From Adineta vaga (taxonomy: Eukaryota; Animalia; Rotifera), in contig CP075492.1 of the NCBI GenBank assembly GCA_021613535.1, positions 682,001 through 746,000 on the forward strand: 64,000 bases of DNA. Direction: 5' to 3'. Under the pieces are notes generated by a model that saw nothing but the letters and a program-made list of their open reading frames with translations, was not told the origin of the DNA and made no database searches. The position numbers were made by a program, and so were the translations under genes. Positions 49,338 through 60,365 of this stretch are shown in pieces (the stretch's first letter is position 1; every line of letters starts with the position of its first letter).

Positions 49338-52300
49338 TTAATTGCCTGAAAGTAATAATGGTCTAATATCACCAACATGAACTTTTGTAATTCTTTTCGT
49401 GTTCATATCTTCGACAGTATAAATTGGATGATGTTTTTCGACGATTATTTTTGGATTAATTGAAAATCGTGGATCTAATTTAGATCTGTTTGTAAATATT
49501 CGAGTTAAAACTGTTGTACCTAATTCATATTCAGGATTTGTACGATTACGATCATAACGAGATTTTGTTTTTTGTTGTTGTTTGAGAACCATTTGTTTAG
49601 CTGTTTGATGATAATATTTCAGATTTTGAACTAATTGTCGAAAATAATCATGAGAATCAGGAAATGCAAATGTTGTTACTGGAGGATCAGTTAGAAGATT
49701 TGCTTGTCGACCAAATGTAAGTTCATATGGAGAGATATTTGTTGTGGTATGTGTACCAGTATTGTATGCAAAAACAATGGGGTGTAAGTACTCATCCCAA
49801 TTATTTGTTTCATTATCTGTTAATTTTGCCAGTTGTGTAACAAATGTACCATTAAATCTTTCGATAGCACCATTAGATTGAGGTCGATATGTTGTTGAAA
49901 AGACATGATGGTAACCAATTAATTTGGATAATGAATGCATCAAATGGTTTTTGAAACATGTACCTTGATCTGAAATAATTGCTTTAGGTACTCCAAATTG
50001 ACAAATATAATATTTGAAAATAGCTTCAGCTGTAACACCGGCAGAACATGTTGGTAAAGCAACAGCAACAATAAATTTGGTGAAATAGTCAGTAAGACAG
50101 AGAACATATTTGTTTTCTTGTGGTGTTGTTGGAAATGGACCACAGAAATCCGTTCCGAGCAGTTGATTAGGACCATCTGGTGGTGGTGTTGGATGAAGAA
50201 AACCAGGAGGTTTTTGTCGAGTTACATTGTAAGCTTGACAAAGAATACAAGATTTAATATGGTCAATAACTGTTTGTTTCATTTCGGGCCACCAAAACTG
50301 TTGTTTAAGTTTTTCTAATGTTCGTCGAATTGCAAAATGACCACCAATAAGAGGATTATTGTGATAAGACATGAGTAATTGTTTGATCATAGATGATGGA
50401 ATGTAAACTAATTTACGTTTAGTCTTTCCATGTGGAACAGATACTAATTTAAATAAAATTTCATCTTGATAAACAAAAGACATGTTTGAATTTTCTTTTA
50501 AATCATTAATAATCTTCTGAATTTGTTTATCATTAGATTGATATTCCTTTAATTTGGTTATATCAAAAACATTTTCGTCATCATTCGAATAATTGAGATC
50601 ATTTGTAGGTAATGTTGAAGATGATATATGTGGTAATGGAGATGTTGTTGTTGATGATGATGCTACAGGTTGTGCTATTGCTTTGGATTTTGATCGAGTA
50701 ACTACTGCACCAAGTAATTGAATAGAAGAGGATTTATCTTTGGTAAAACCTAATCCATAATCATGATCAATTAATTCATCATCAGCTGCAATAGGATGTC
50801 GTGAGAGATAATCTGGTAAACAATTGTATTTTCCTTTAACATGTATAATCTTTTGAATATTAAATTCTTGAAGTAAGATCGAGATTTTTTCAACACGTCT
50901 ATTTGAAATTTTCTTATCCATCATATGACAAATAGGACAATTATCCGTATAAATAATTATATCACGACCAAGTAAAAAAGACTTCATTCGAGTAAAACAT
51001 TTGAAAATTGCTAATGCTTCAAGTTCAATAGGAATATATCGCTTTTGAGTTGAATTCAGTAATTCTGAATGATAATAAAGTATTTTCTTTTCATTATTAA
51101 TCTCTTGGTACAGTACGCCACCTAAACCAACTTGAGAAGCATCTGTAGCTAGAAATACTGGCTGTGTATCATCAGGAAAATTTAAGAAAAGTGGAGATGA
51201 TGTTAACATATTTTTCAAATCATAAAAAGACTTGGATTGTTCAGATCCCCATTTAAATTTGTGACGATTAGATTTTGATAGATTAGTTACTGCATGAATT
51301 GGTGCAGCAATTGATGCAAATGCAGGAATAAATTTTCTGTACCATGATAATAAACCAATAAAACGATTTGCTTGAGCTAATGATTTGGGTTCTGGTAATG
51401 CAGTAATTGAATTAATTCGATGAAGTAATGGAGTAAAAGTTGTTGATGAAACTACATGACCTAAATATTCAATTTGTTCTTTTGCTAATTCACATTTTGC
51501 AGGATTTAATGTTAAATTATGTAGTTTTAAAGCATTTAAAACTTTTTCAATATGAACTAAATGTTCATCATAACTGCGACTAAAGACGATAATATCATCC
51601 AAATAGATTAAAGAGAAATCGATACATGAAGATAAAACCTTGCTCATAGTACGTTGAAAAGTTGGTGGTGAATTTCGGAGACCTTGAGGTAAAACTGACC
51701 ATTCAAACAATCCAAATGGTGTAATGAAAGCTGTTTTAGCACGATCACCTGGATTAATTGGAAGTTGCCAAAAGCCAGATCTTAAGTCAAATTTAGAAAA
51801 ATAAGAGTATCCAGCACCTAATGATTGAAGCGTGATTTCCATATTTGGTAAAGGATAATTGTCCTTAATCGTAACAGAATTGAGTTTTTTGTAGTCGATA
51901 ACTAATCTCCAACTTTGATTTTTCTTTTTCACTAAAAGTGCTGGAGCTGCATATGATGATTGTGAAATACGTATAAGTCCGGCATCAAGTAATTTATCAA
52001 TAATTATTTTTAATTCAGCATTTATTGTTGGATTACCAGGATATGGTTTTGAAACAGGTGGTGTATGAGGAACTGTTTCAATAAAATGTGAAATTTCTGT
52101 TTGTGCAATTGTATAATTTGTTGTATCAAACGTAGATTCATATTTAAATAATAACGATTGAAGTTTATCATATTGAACTTGGTGAGAAATATGATTGATT
52201 AATTTAAAAATAGATTGTTGAATAACATGAGCTAATGGTGTTACAAGAGTATTCAATTGTTGTATTGGTGGTGATTTTATAAAATTTGATAATTGTAATG

Positions 52301-52742
52301 AATGATGAGTTGATGATAAATCAGGATCCATTGATATCATACTCTTTTGATTATTAAAATTAATAGTAATCAATTTTTTCTTGGGATAAATTTCTAAATC
52401 ATATTTCAACAAATAATCCATACCTAATATAATATCTGTACATAAATTTGTGGTAATAAAGGCTGGAATGGATGTTATCAAATCACCTATTGAAATCTTC
52501 AAATGAACAATACCATTTACTTTTATCGAATTTAATCCATCAGCCATAAAAAATTGTTGAGGAGTAATATGAGAATAATATAACTGATCAAGATCTTTTA
52601 AACAAGTATGATTAATAAAACAATGTTGTGCACCAGTATCAATTAAAAGTTTCATTTGTTTATTATTAACATATGTGGTTATAAAAATTAAAGGAGTAGA
52701 TGGATATTGAAGTGGATTATTGAAGTCAAGACCATCTATCAT
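49338..52742 (-). CDS. pol: Pol polyprotein
   Basis: LIDTGA protease, LPQGL and YLDD RT, TDAS RNase H, HHCC + DDE integrase; frame is open from ~52845, first ATG at 52742. Confidence 0.97.
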   Translation of the reverse strand: MIDGLDFNNPLQYPSTPLIFITTYVNNKQMKLLIDTGAQHCFINHTCLKDLDQLYYSHITPQQFFMADGLNSIKVNGIVHLKISIGDLITSIPAFITTNLCTDIILGMDYLLKYDLEIYPKKKLITINFNNQKSMISMDPDLSSTHHSLQLSNFIKSPPIQQLNTLVTPLAHVIQQSIFKLINHISHQVQYDKLQSLLFKYESTFDTTNYTIAQTEISHFIETVPHTPPVSKPYPGNPTINAELKIIIDKLLDAGLIRISQSSYAAPALLVKKKNQSWRLVIDYKKLNSVTIKDNYPLPNMEITLQSLGAGYSYFSKFDLRSGFWQLPINPGDRAKTAFITPFGLFEWSVLPQGLRNSPPTFQRTMSKVLSSCIDFSLIYLDDIIVFSRSYDEHLVHIEKVLNALKLHNLTLNPAKCELAKEQIEYLGHVVSSTTFTPLLHRINSITALPEPKSLAQANRFIGLLSWYRKFIPAFASIAAPIHAVTNLSKSNRHKFKWGSEQSKSFYDLKNMLTSSPLFLNFPDDTQPVFLATDASQVGLGGVLYQEINNEKKILYYHSELLNSTQKRYIPIELEALAIFKCFTRMKSFLLGRDIIIYTDNCPICHMMDKKISNRRVEKISILLQEFNIQKIIHVKGKYNCLPDYLSRHPIAADDELIDHDYGLGFTKDKSSSIQLLGAVVTRSKSKAIAQPVASSSTTTSPLPHISSSTLPTNDLNYSNDDENVFDITKLKEYQSNDKQIQKIINDLKENSNMSFVYQDEILFKLVSVPHGKTKRKLVYIPSSMIKQLLMSYHNNPLIGGHFAIRRTLEKLKQQFWWPEMKQTVIDHIKSCILCQAYNVTRQKPPGFLHPTPPPDGPNQLLGTDFCGPFPTTPQENKYVLCLTDYFTKFIVAVALPTCSAGVTAEAIFKYYICQFGVPKAIISDQGTCFKNHLMHSLSKLIGYHHVFSTTYRPQSNGAIERFNGTFVTQLAKLTDNETNNWDEYLHPIVFAYNTGTHTTTNISPYELTFGRQANLLTDPPVTTFAFPDSHDYFRQLVQNLKYYHQTAKQMVLKQQQKTKSRYDRNRTNPEYELGTTVLTRIFTNRSKLDPRFSINPKIIVEKHHPIYTVEDMNTKRITKVHVGDIRPLLLSGN

Positions 52743-54265
52743 TGACTTCGATTCTCGAAATGGTGACAATTGCGTGCTATATGAGTTGTAGAACCACAAT
52801 TGAAACAACGTTGAAATGATTGGCGGCGTCGTTGAAAACGATTATTTTGATGTGTATTATTATAATATGATGATGAAAAATTTTGTGGTGGTTTAACAGA
52901 ATCTGCTTGACGAGATGAATTAAAAGATGAGGATTTCGAAATTTGATTCAAAAATCGATGTTGATTATTATCATGAGAAGAATAATTAGTATTATCATTG
53001 TGATAGTGATTATCAGCATTGGAATTTCGACGAGAATCATTATAATCATTTTCTCGTGTTGAACCATTTGTATTTGAATAAGAAAAAGAAGTTGATGATG
53101 TTAATTCATCATTATTAATAGAATTGCAGGAAAATGTATTATTCAATGCTGTCAGTTCTTCAGCTATTTTTGCTCGTACTAAAAATGCTTCTGTATTTGT
53201 AGGATAATTTCTTCGAGTTTCAGTAGATAGAGATGGACGAAGACCATTCATAAGATATCGAACTTTTGTTGATTCATTCATTTGTGGATCAGCTTGTTTC
53301 ATTAATTTAATCATTTCCATATAATATTGTGTTGCTGATTGATGAACTGTTTGATGATATTGCTTGAGTTTCTCAAATGCTAGATCACGTTGTAAATTCG
53401 ATGTAAATGATTGTTTAATTTCATCAACGAATATTGACCAGCAAGTAAATTTGTGTTTGTTCTGCTTAAACCACTGTAATGCATCACCTTTGAGACAAAT
53501 ATGAATCAAATTTAATTTATCGGCGTTATTTAAATGCATCGTATTGAATTGTTGTTCAATCTCATCAATCCATGTAATAACATTTTCTTTACCAGCAGCA
53601 AATTTCAATGGATCTTTGATAAATTTATCGACTAATGCTTTAGCAATTGTTGTAGACAAAATTGAATGAGATAAATGATTATCACGTGAATGAAGTGGTG
53701 TATCTTGATCAGCAGCTGCTACTGCTTTATCACCTAAAAGATTTATTAAATCACCATGTATAGATTCATTAACAACAACAGGTGGACGTAATAAAAAAGA
53801 TTGATTTGATTGTTTCATATTAGCATTGACATCAGGACAAGAGGTTTGTTCGAGATTGAAATATTCATGAGCAAATAATTGACATAAATGAGCATATGAT
53901 TGAATTTTGTCTTGATTCAACGTATACCAAATGAAAACATCATCTTCGAAAAAATAAGGAATGATTTTCAATCGTTCATCAAATGTTAAATTAAATTCCG
54001 AAAATTTTGAATGAATATGTCTAAACCATTGACGAGCATCATCTTGACCATTAAATAATTTCACATCATGACGAAGTACTTCTAATAATGTTGGTTTTTC
54101 ATCACGTTCTACTGCAGAACATTCATCAGCTGTAGCTGGTTTATTATCATTATTTGTATTTGTTAATGATAATGAATTTGGATTAGATTCATGTGTAACT
54201 TGTGCAATAGGTTGAGGATCAGTATCATTATTTGATTCACCTTGATTACGTGTATGAACTGTCAT
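52739..54265 (-). CDS. gag: Gag with two capsid-like domains and a CCHC knuckle
   Basis: 508-aa ORF; FNG..DA..W / FAAGKENV..W repeats; CFNCGSTTHIARNC. Confidence 0.93.
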   Translation of the reverse strand: MTVHTRNQGESNNDTDPQPIAQVTHESNPNSLSLTNTNNDNKPATADECSAVERDEKPTLLEVLRHDVKLFNGQDDARQWFRHIHSKFSEFNLTFDERLKIIPYFFEDDVFIWYTLNQDKIQSYAHLCQLFAHEYFNLEQTSCPDVNANMKQSNQSFLLRPPVVVNESIHGDLINLLGDKAVAAADQDTPLHSRDNHLSHSILSTTIAKALVDKFIKDPLKFAAGKENVITWIDEIEQQFNTMHLNNADKLNLIHICLKGDALQWFKQNKHKFTCWSIFVDEIKQSFTSNLQRDLAFEKLKQYHQTVHQSATQYYMEMIKLMKQADPQMNESTKVRYLMNGLRPSLSTETRRNYPTNTEAFLVRAKIAEELTALNNTFSCNSINNDELTSSTSFSYSNTNGSTRENDYNDSRRNSNADNHYHNDNTNYSSHDNNQHRFLNQISKSSSFNSSRQADSVKPPQNFSSSYYNNTHQNNRFQRRRQSFQRCFNCGSTTHIARNCHHFENRSQ

Positions 54266-54311
54266 AATTTAATGTGAAGTAAAAAAAAATAATCGATTGT
54301 TTATAAATTTA

Positions 54312-54325
54312 CTGCAGGGTCGCCA
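54312..54325 (-). promoter_or_regulatory. Primer binding site
   Basis: TGGCGACCCTGCAG 1 nt inside the 5' LTR, complementary to a tRNA 3' CCA end; tRNA identity (possibly Arg) not established. Confidence 0.8.
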
Positions 54326-54326
54326 C

Positions 54327-54490
54327 TGTTAATGATCTGTCCTTTGTTTATTTATATGCAGGTTCGAATAGAATAAACAACCGACTAGTACATACACACG
54401 AAAGAGAAATGAATGAATATAGGAAAGTAAAGAAAGAACGAAAGAAATAGATAGATATGATCTTAGTGTATGTATACACAGATCGTAACA
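54327..54490 (-). repeat. 5' LTR
   Basis: Identical to 48353-48516. Confidence 0.97.
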
Positions 54491-54866
54491 ATAAGAGATG
54501 ATGATAACACCCACCCACACCCTTCCACATTTTAGCTCCGAAGGAGCTCCGCTAACAAGCTTTTATCTATACAAATTGAAGAAACTAAACTCAGAGTCGT
54601 ACTCTTCGACGACGATTACATTTCGGTCAAAATTATTCAAAAGGAATCCTTTTTATTTCCGCCTTATTTTTCGACCAATCAGTGAAGCGCGAACACACAA
54701 GCAAGCAAGCAAAGCAAACAGACAGTTTATGTTTATAAGACTCTCCTCTACGAGAAAAAAATTCATGTGATCAAATGTAATAAAATATTTCATAAGAAAT
54801 GACGTATGAATTCATTTCTGTATGAAGTTTTAAAGTTTCAATGTCATTCACTTCATCGAATCGAAG

Positions 54867-56141
54867 TTAACTTTGAAGCTGTGGCTTTATTGTACGATGT
54901 CTGACTCTGTATTTTTGACAATGAAATGTGATAAACGTAACTAAACGTGGTACAATCAATTTTAATACTGTTATCAAACCACCAACCAAGCCAATAATTG
55001 TTGTAACAATATAAATAACACTATTCTTTGTTTCATGAGTATAACTGCATTGTGACGGCTGGCACTCATTAAAGTAATTTGAATATTCTATCGATGAATT
55101 CCATTTTTCTACCATTAACTTGTTAAGAATACTTTCAATTGTTGAATTTACCATAAATTCTATTGAAGAAGAATCGTCAAGAGCTGTAATATTCATTGAC
55201 GGAATTCCATATAAATATGATTGCAATTGATCAAGACATGTTTGATTATAAAAACATTGAAGATCAGATTGAAGTAATGATTCAACAATATAACATCCTG
55301 TCTTCATACCTGATATAGTGAATAATGTTCTCGCATCTACATAATTGTATATTGAAGATGAATAAGAACACTGGGCTGAACTTCCACAGTTACAAGAACC
55401 ATAGCGGAGGGAATATGAATATACAATCAGACTATCAGAATACGTAGCAAACCTATAATTTGTTAGTCGTCCAGAGAGTAAACCGTTGCTTTGAATTATT
55501 TGTCGTACTGTTGAAAGTAATAATAAAAAATCATTGATAGTTGATGATATAAATTGAGAAATGAAATATTCAATTTGAAATTGAAATGTTTCTGAAGATA
55601 CAAGAGAAGCGCTTACATATGCACTTGAATAAAACTGTGTTAAACGATTTTCGATTGTTTCACGAACTAAATCACAAAAGGTGCGTAGTGCTTGAAATGC
55701 AGATGAACTTGTCCATCGAAAATCATCAGAATATATAGTATCATTTCCAGAAGAATCAGCAAGATAATCAATCCAATTTTGATTGATAAAAGTACTATTG
55801 CAAACTTGATGAAATGTATATTCAATATGAAGAAATGTTTGATAATTAATGGCTATTTTTGTACAATCACATGATAATGCTTGTGAATATGTTGAATATA
55901 ATTGTAAATATTGTGTTATTGTTGGTGTTTTGACATAAATGGTTTGAGTTATAGTGATTAATGATAAAATAAGAAGAATAATGAATAACCTTGTTGATAT
56001 ACGTTGATTTCGAAGTTGATGTTCATCGGTTGTAGGTGGATTTGATGGAAATAAATTCAATGTAAACACATGATCTTGGATTTTTTGTCGAAAATTCTGT
56101 GCTGCTTCCGGTTCGGCTGTTTCTTCAAGAAAGATAAACAC
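54867..56141 (-). CDS. Cys-rich membrane protein with two TM helices flanking a large loop (lineage-expanded family)
   Basis: 424-aa ORF; TM1 RLFIILLILSLITIT, multiple CxC/CxS motifs, TM2 IVTTIIGLVGGLITVLKLIVP. May be the 3' module of a longer gene. Confidence 0.75.
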   Translation of the reverse strand: MFIFLEETAEPEAAQNFRQKIQDHVFTLNLFPSNPPTTDEHQLRNQRISTRLFIILLILSLITITQTIYVKTPTITQYLQLYSTYSQALSCDCTKIAINYQTFLHIEYTFHQVCNSTFINQNWIDYLADSSGNDTIYSDDFRWTSSSAFQALRTFCDLVRETIENRLTQFYSSAYVSASLVSSETFQFQIEYFISQFISSTINDFLLLLSTVRQIIQSNGLLSGRLTNYRFATYSDSLIVYSYSLRYGSCNCGSSAQCSYSSSIYNYVDARTLFTISGMKTGCYIVESLLQSDLQCFYNQTCLDQLQSYLYGIPSMNITALDDSSSIEFMVNSTIESILNKLMVEKWNSSIEYSNYFNECQPSQCSYTHETKNSVIYIVTTIIGLVGGLITVLKLIVPRLVTFITFHCQKYRVRHRTIKPQLQS

Positions 56142-56907
56142 ATCATAAAATAGACAATTAAATTTAAATAAAACTCATATTCCAAATACACAGTAGAAGA
56201 ATAATGGTACCAGTGTGGATTGTCATTTCAAAAAGAATCCTAGATGAAATGCTTTTTTTTCATTTTCTTCTGTCACGTGAAGTATATATGTAAGAGTGAA
56301 AAGAAAAAAAACATTTCATCAGGAGACATTTTTGGAAAGGACGTTTTAGACTATATTTGCTTGGCTATTGCCTACATCTCTATAATGCGCGTACAAGTAG
56401 AAACATACACTTTGAGTGATGATTGGTTGTAGAACTGGAATTTCGATGGTGGTTAGATGTTAGTGGGGCTCAGCAGCTGGAATTTTGCTTAGTGATGGGG
56501 GTTAGTAGTATGATATCGCTGGAGCGACTTTGTCAAGTGATAGGGTTGAGCTCAACCTACTCACTCCCTGTATACGCTACTAGTGATGATATAGCCTAAA
56601 AAACATCATGCCGAATGCTACAGCCAGACATTTATCAGCATCTATCGTTACAATAAGTGCTGTATTATTATACGAGAATTTTCTGCAATGTACTGATACT
56701 GAGAAGTGAAAGAGTGTTATGCTACTCATATAATTTTTACAGTAAGATGCAATCTGAAACTATAAATAGTAATGATAGTTAAATATTCACAGCAGATTTG
56801 TTCCGCTAAAACAACATTAGTTTTTGAGAATACCGATATGTCATAACATATGATGAAATTAGCTTACGGCGCCGAGGAATCCAAAATGACAACTGGTTTC
56901 TCGAAGT

Positions 56908-56964
56908 TGGGTGTGGGTGTGGGTATTACATCTATCTCACACCCACACCCACACCCACACCCTC
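56908..56964. repeat. Telomere-repeat palindrome element fused to a truncated LRR exon
   Basis: TGGGTGTGGGTGTGGGT-ATTACATCTATCTC-(ACACCC)4 TC; the minus strand joins CAAGGAG|GGTGTGGG. Confidence 0.88.
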
Positions 56965-59900
56965 CTTGATGAGCAATGCGATTGTACGAAAGATTTATTG
57001 TGGTGAGTGTCTGAAGAAGGGAAAGAAGATGAATGTATAATTCTGTGAAGAGGATATGAATATTACCCTATTCGTTCGCAAGGCAACACCTATATGCTGT
57101 GCTCTTTGATGGCCGATTTGATTCTTCGTAAGATTTAGTGTGGTGAGCGTCTGTAGATGAGATAGAGGATGAATCTGTGAGTTCTGTGAAGAGGATATGA
57201 AAATTACCCTGTTCGTTCGCAGCACATCACTTATATGCTGTGCTCCTTCATCGTCGATTTGATTCTCCCTGAGATCTAGTGTAGTGAGTGTCTGAGGAAG
57301 GGAGAGAAGATGAATGCATAAATCCTGTGAAGAGGGAAGGAAGATTACCGTGTTGGTTCGGAGTGCATCACCAATATGTTGTGCTCCTTCATGGCCGATA
57401 CGATCGTAATGGATATTTATTGTGGTGAGTGTCTGTATGCAAATGTATTGAGACTTCAGGTTTATGTTTATGAAGTAGATGTGTTATTTCAAAATAAGTC
57501 TGGTGGAGATCGGGGAATCGATTTGGATATCCTTTGTTTGGGCACATTAGGGAAAGATATGAATTGTTGTTGGACGGATTGTTACTGAGTCAAGTTCGGA
57601 ATATTGGATAGGTAGGGTCACGATACTATTAGAGAATGGTGGCTGGTTTACGGAAGTAGTTTTAGTCTCCGAAATAATTCGATCGGAACCGCAGTAGACA
57701 GTTTATTGTGAATAGTGGTTATGAACGATTCGTGTTTTCTCAGTTTGGAGACTTTCTTGGGAGTTTCTGGTTTGTTCACAATTGGCGGAGCTATAGTTGC
57801 GTATATGGGGAAGTGATTTTTGCTGTTGTTTTATTTTTTCATCGAAAAGATTTTTTTTGATGTTTAAGGTTTTACCTAAGATACTCAAGATAATGATAGT
57901 ATATACTTGGTAATGATTTTCTCTTGTTATTTTTATAGTTAATTAGAGCGAGAGAATGTTGAGTTGTATCTAATTATAGAACATTGCAATTTGTTTTGAT
58001 TCGGTCAGTTTCAAAAAAAGTTGTCGCACTGTTTGAGAGATTCTTTAAAGGCATGTGTTTGAAATGGGAAAGGTGTTTTATAATTGTACCATTCCATTCG
58101 TATCCTTCTTATGATCGCGTATTAGATAAAATGCATATTCTATGGACGTGGATAGAAAAAAACAGAACGAAATAATAGTTGTTTTGTAATAACATCAGTC
58201 AATGTTGTGTCTGACTGACTCGTCAGAATTGCGTCTAAATTTTGAAATTATTTCGATTCTTCTTTGAGAAAACTCAGTAAGTAAGATATTAGTAGGCTCA
58301 TGTGTAGTAGAACACCTACGGAAAAAAACTTCAGTCAATACCGCGGTTTATGACGGTTTCTAGCTTGAAGGTTCGAAACGATTATTGTGAACCGCAAAAG
58401 TCAGACTTTCTATTAGGTTTTTAAAAACCACTACATAGAGCGATATTCTGAAACCGTGGTGCTTACCGATTTTCAAAAAAACCTAATTCATCGTGGTGGT
58501 GAATTATTTCTGTCATCTATCCTGCTATTCTTGACTTTCCATGTTAACCACTAGTCTACGATACTAACCCGTTGATCTTACACCGCGGTAAACTCTTCTA
58601 ATATCACTATCTATTTTATATTCATCTGCTTCATGTTAGATTTGAACTCCTTACCGTGCAATTGTCGTTCACTAATTCCATTGAACCATCTGGTCATATT
58701 TATACTAAGATTAGATATGATAGCCTATCTGATTATTAATGAAAAATATTTTCATATCCAAATATACATATCATATACAGATAAAATCTTAATAACTCCA
58801 TGAATATTTCCTATTAATTTGTAATATCTCTAAAACTTTATTCAAATTTCCTCTGACAATTGTATTTATAGTATATTTTGTATAGGATTTATTGGATTGT
58901 ATTTATCCTTTATAGTTAGGACCATTGATATATAAACACACTTTATTGTGATAAGATTATACCGATGGTGAAAGGTAGAGATTTATCAGAATTTGTAGAT
59001 ATTTAACCGCGGTTTTGTGCGGTATTGAAACGTCTAACGATCGAGTAGGATATTGTAATTCAGTAAATAGATGTGAATCTCAATATTAAAACGCATGCAA
59101 ATTATTAAAAAAAGTGAAAACATCTCAGTTTTATTGACTCACGAAACTAGTTTATGCCTATTTCTGTATCTGATAATCTACAAACCTGTGAACATTATCA
59201 GAAGTATAGTCATCTGAATTAATTTTGACTAAGCTATTCGATATGTTCATATTTTTTTTAATCTGCTAAATCCTTATATAAAGTTGACGTTGATCAACAT
59301 TTGTTCTTGATCTGGTTTATTTTCTCTTTACCTTCAACTTTTCAAATTATAATTGTTCTAAATTAAACTACATTATATGCTGTCATAAAAAGCAAAAAAT
59401 GAATTTGAATATTACCGATTTTTGGCATTTAATAAAAATATTCTGTTTTGATTTAAAAATCACACGTTTCTACACTGTAAAAAGATGGAGAATAACCAAC
59501 GATAAAAGCCTTTATTAAAGAACTCCGTTTTTATTATACTTGACGAAGATATAAATCCATTTTGGATTTATGAAGCACTTAAAGAAACAGAAAAATGATT
59601 TATTATACATTGCAAATCGATAAATCTTTATTTTTCCAACGTAGTTTTTTCGAACTTTTCATGTTGTAAGATGATGATAAATTTTGTTTTAATCGATGAG
59701 AAAATGTTTTTATATCATACTGTGACTTTTAAGTAGTAAGTTTTAGTGATATAACCTTATTAGAAAAATAACGTTAGAAAATCCAGTCATACTTTGAAAA
59801 TAAATTGATTCAAATAATCATACTTTTCGAGATAAAGCACAGACCACGATTTCTAACAGGGATTTCGCGAATAAAAATACCGTAAAAGATGAAGGTTGTA

Positions 59901-60166
59901 TGGTACCACAACTAGTTACCAGCATACGGTGTTTTTTGAAACCGCAGCATCTACTAAAATATTTTCCCGTGGGTACACAAGAGAATAGCCCAAGCACTTA
60001 GCAAACTTACCCGATATCGATGATAAGTATTAAGGATTTGATTGAAACGGCGACAAACATTTTGCATTGAACAAAACAGTGTAAAATCACTCTGATGATC
60101 CATAATTCGATAAACGAGTTCGATAGGTAATGTTAAAAATGTGTACATGTTCTTTTCACATTCCAT
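56962..60166 (-). pseudogene. 3'-truncated F-box-like + LRR gene (paralog of 24006-28025)
   Basis: Exon 1 60166-60011 (FLTLPIELVYRIMD..YHRYR|GTAAG); 84-nt LRR exons 57432-57349, 57291-57208, 57150-57067; fourth LRR exon from 57010 broken at ~56962. Confidence 0.85.
58315..59973. mobile_element. Old non-autonomous DNA element within intron 1 of the LRR gene
   Basis: Weak TIR CCTACGGAAAAAAACTTCAGT / ACTAAAATATTTTCCCGTGGG; recurrent ACCG(CGGT) motifs. Confidence 0.5.
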
Positions 60167-60365
60167 ACAAAAGATTATTGAAAATACAAGGTTTTGAATA
60201 TATTTTCTTTGTTATGAGAAGGAGTTTTCGATACTGAAATATTTATCTTTTTATTATCGACAAAGAAAGAAGTCTGACGATTTCAACAATAGCGAATGGA
60301 TGGTTTAGGTAGAAAGATGGCGTTAATGCATATGTTGAGTAGAGTTTAGTCTATTGTGTGTGATC

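Larger units (their letters stand above)
48353..54490 (-). mobile_element. Complete Ty3/gypsy LTR retrotransposon
   Basis: Identical 164-bp TG..CA LTRs, TSD ATAAG (48348-48352, 54491-54495), PBS, PPT, intact gag and pol (PR-RT-RH-IN). Confidence 0.98.

Noticed and set aside
56420-56573. Short CTGGA..GATGG.GGTTAG repeats ending CACTCCCTGTA (Tc1/mariner-like end)
   Set aside because: No convincing matching left TIR.
57440-57900. Skewed, coding-looking segment inside the LRR intron
   Set aside because: All frames are interrupted and no family is recognisable by eye.
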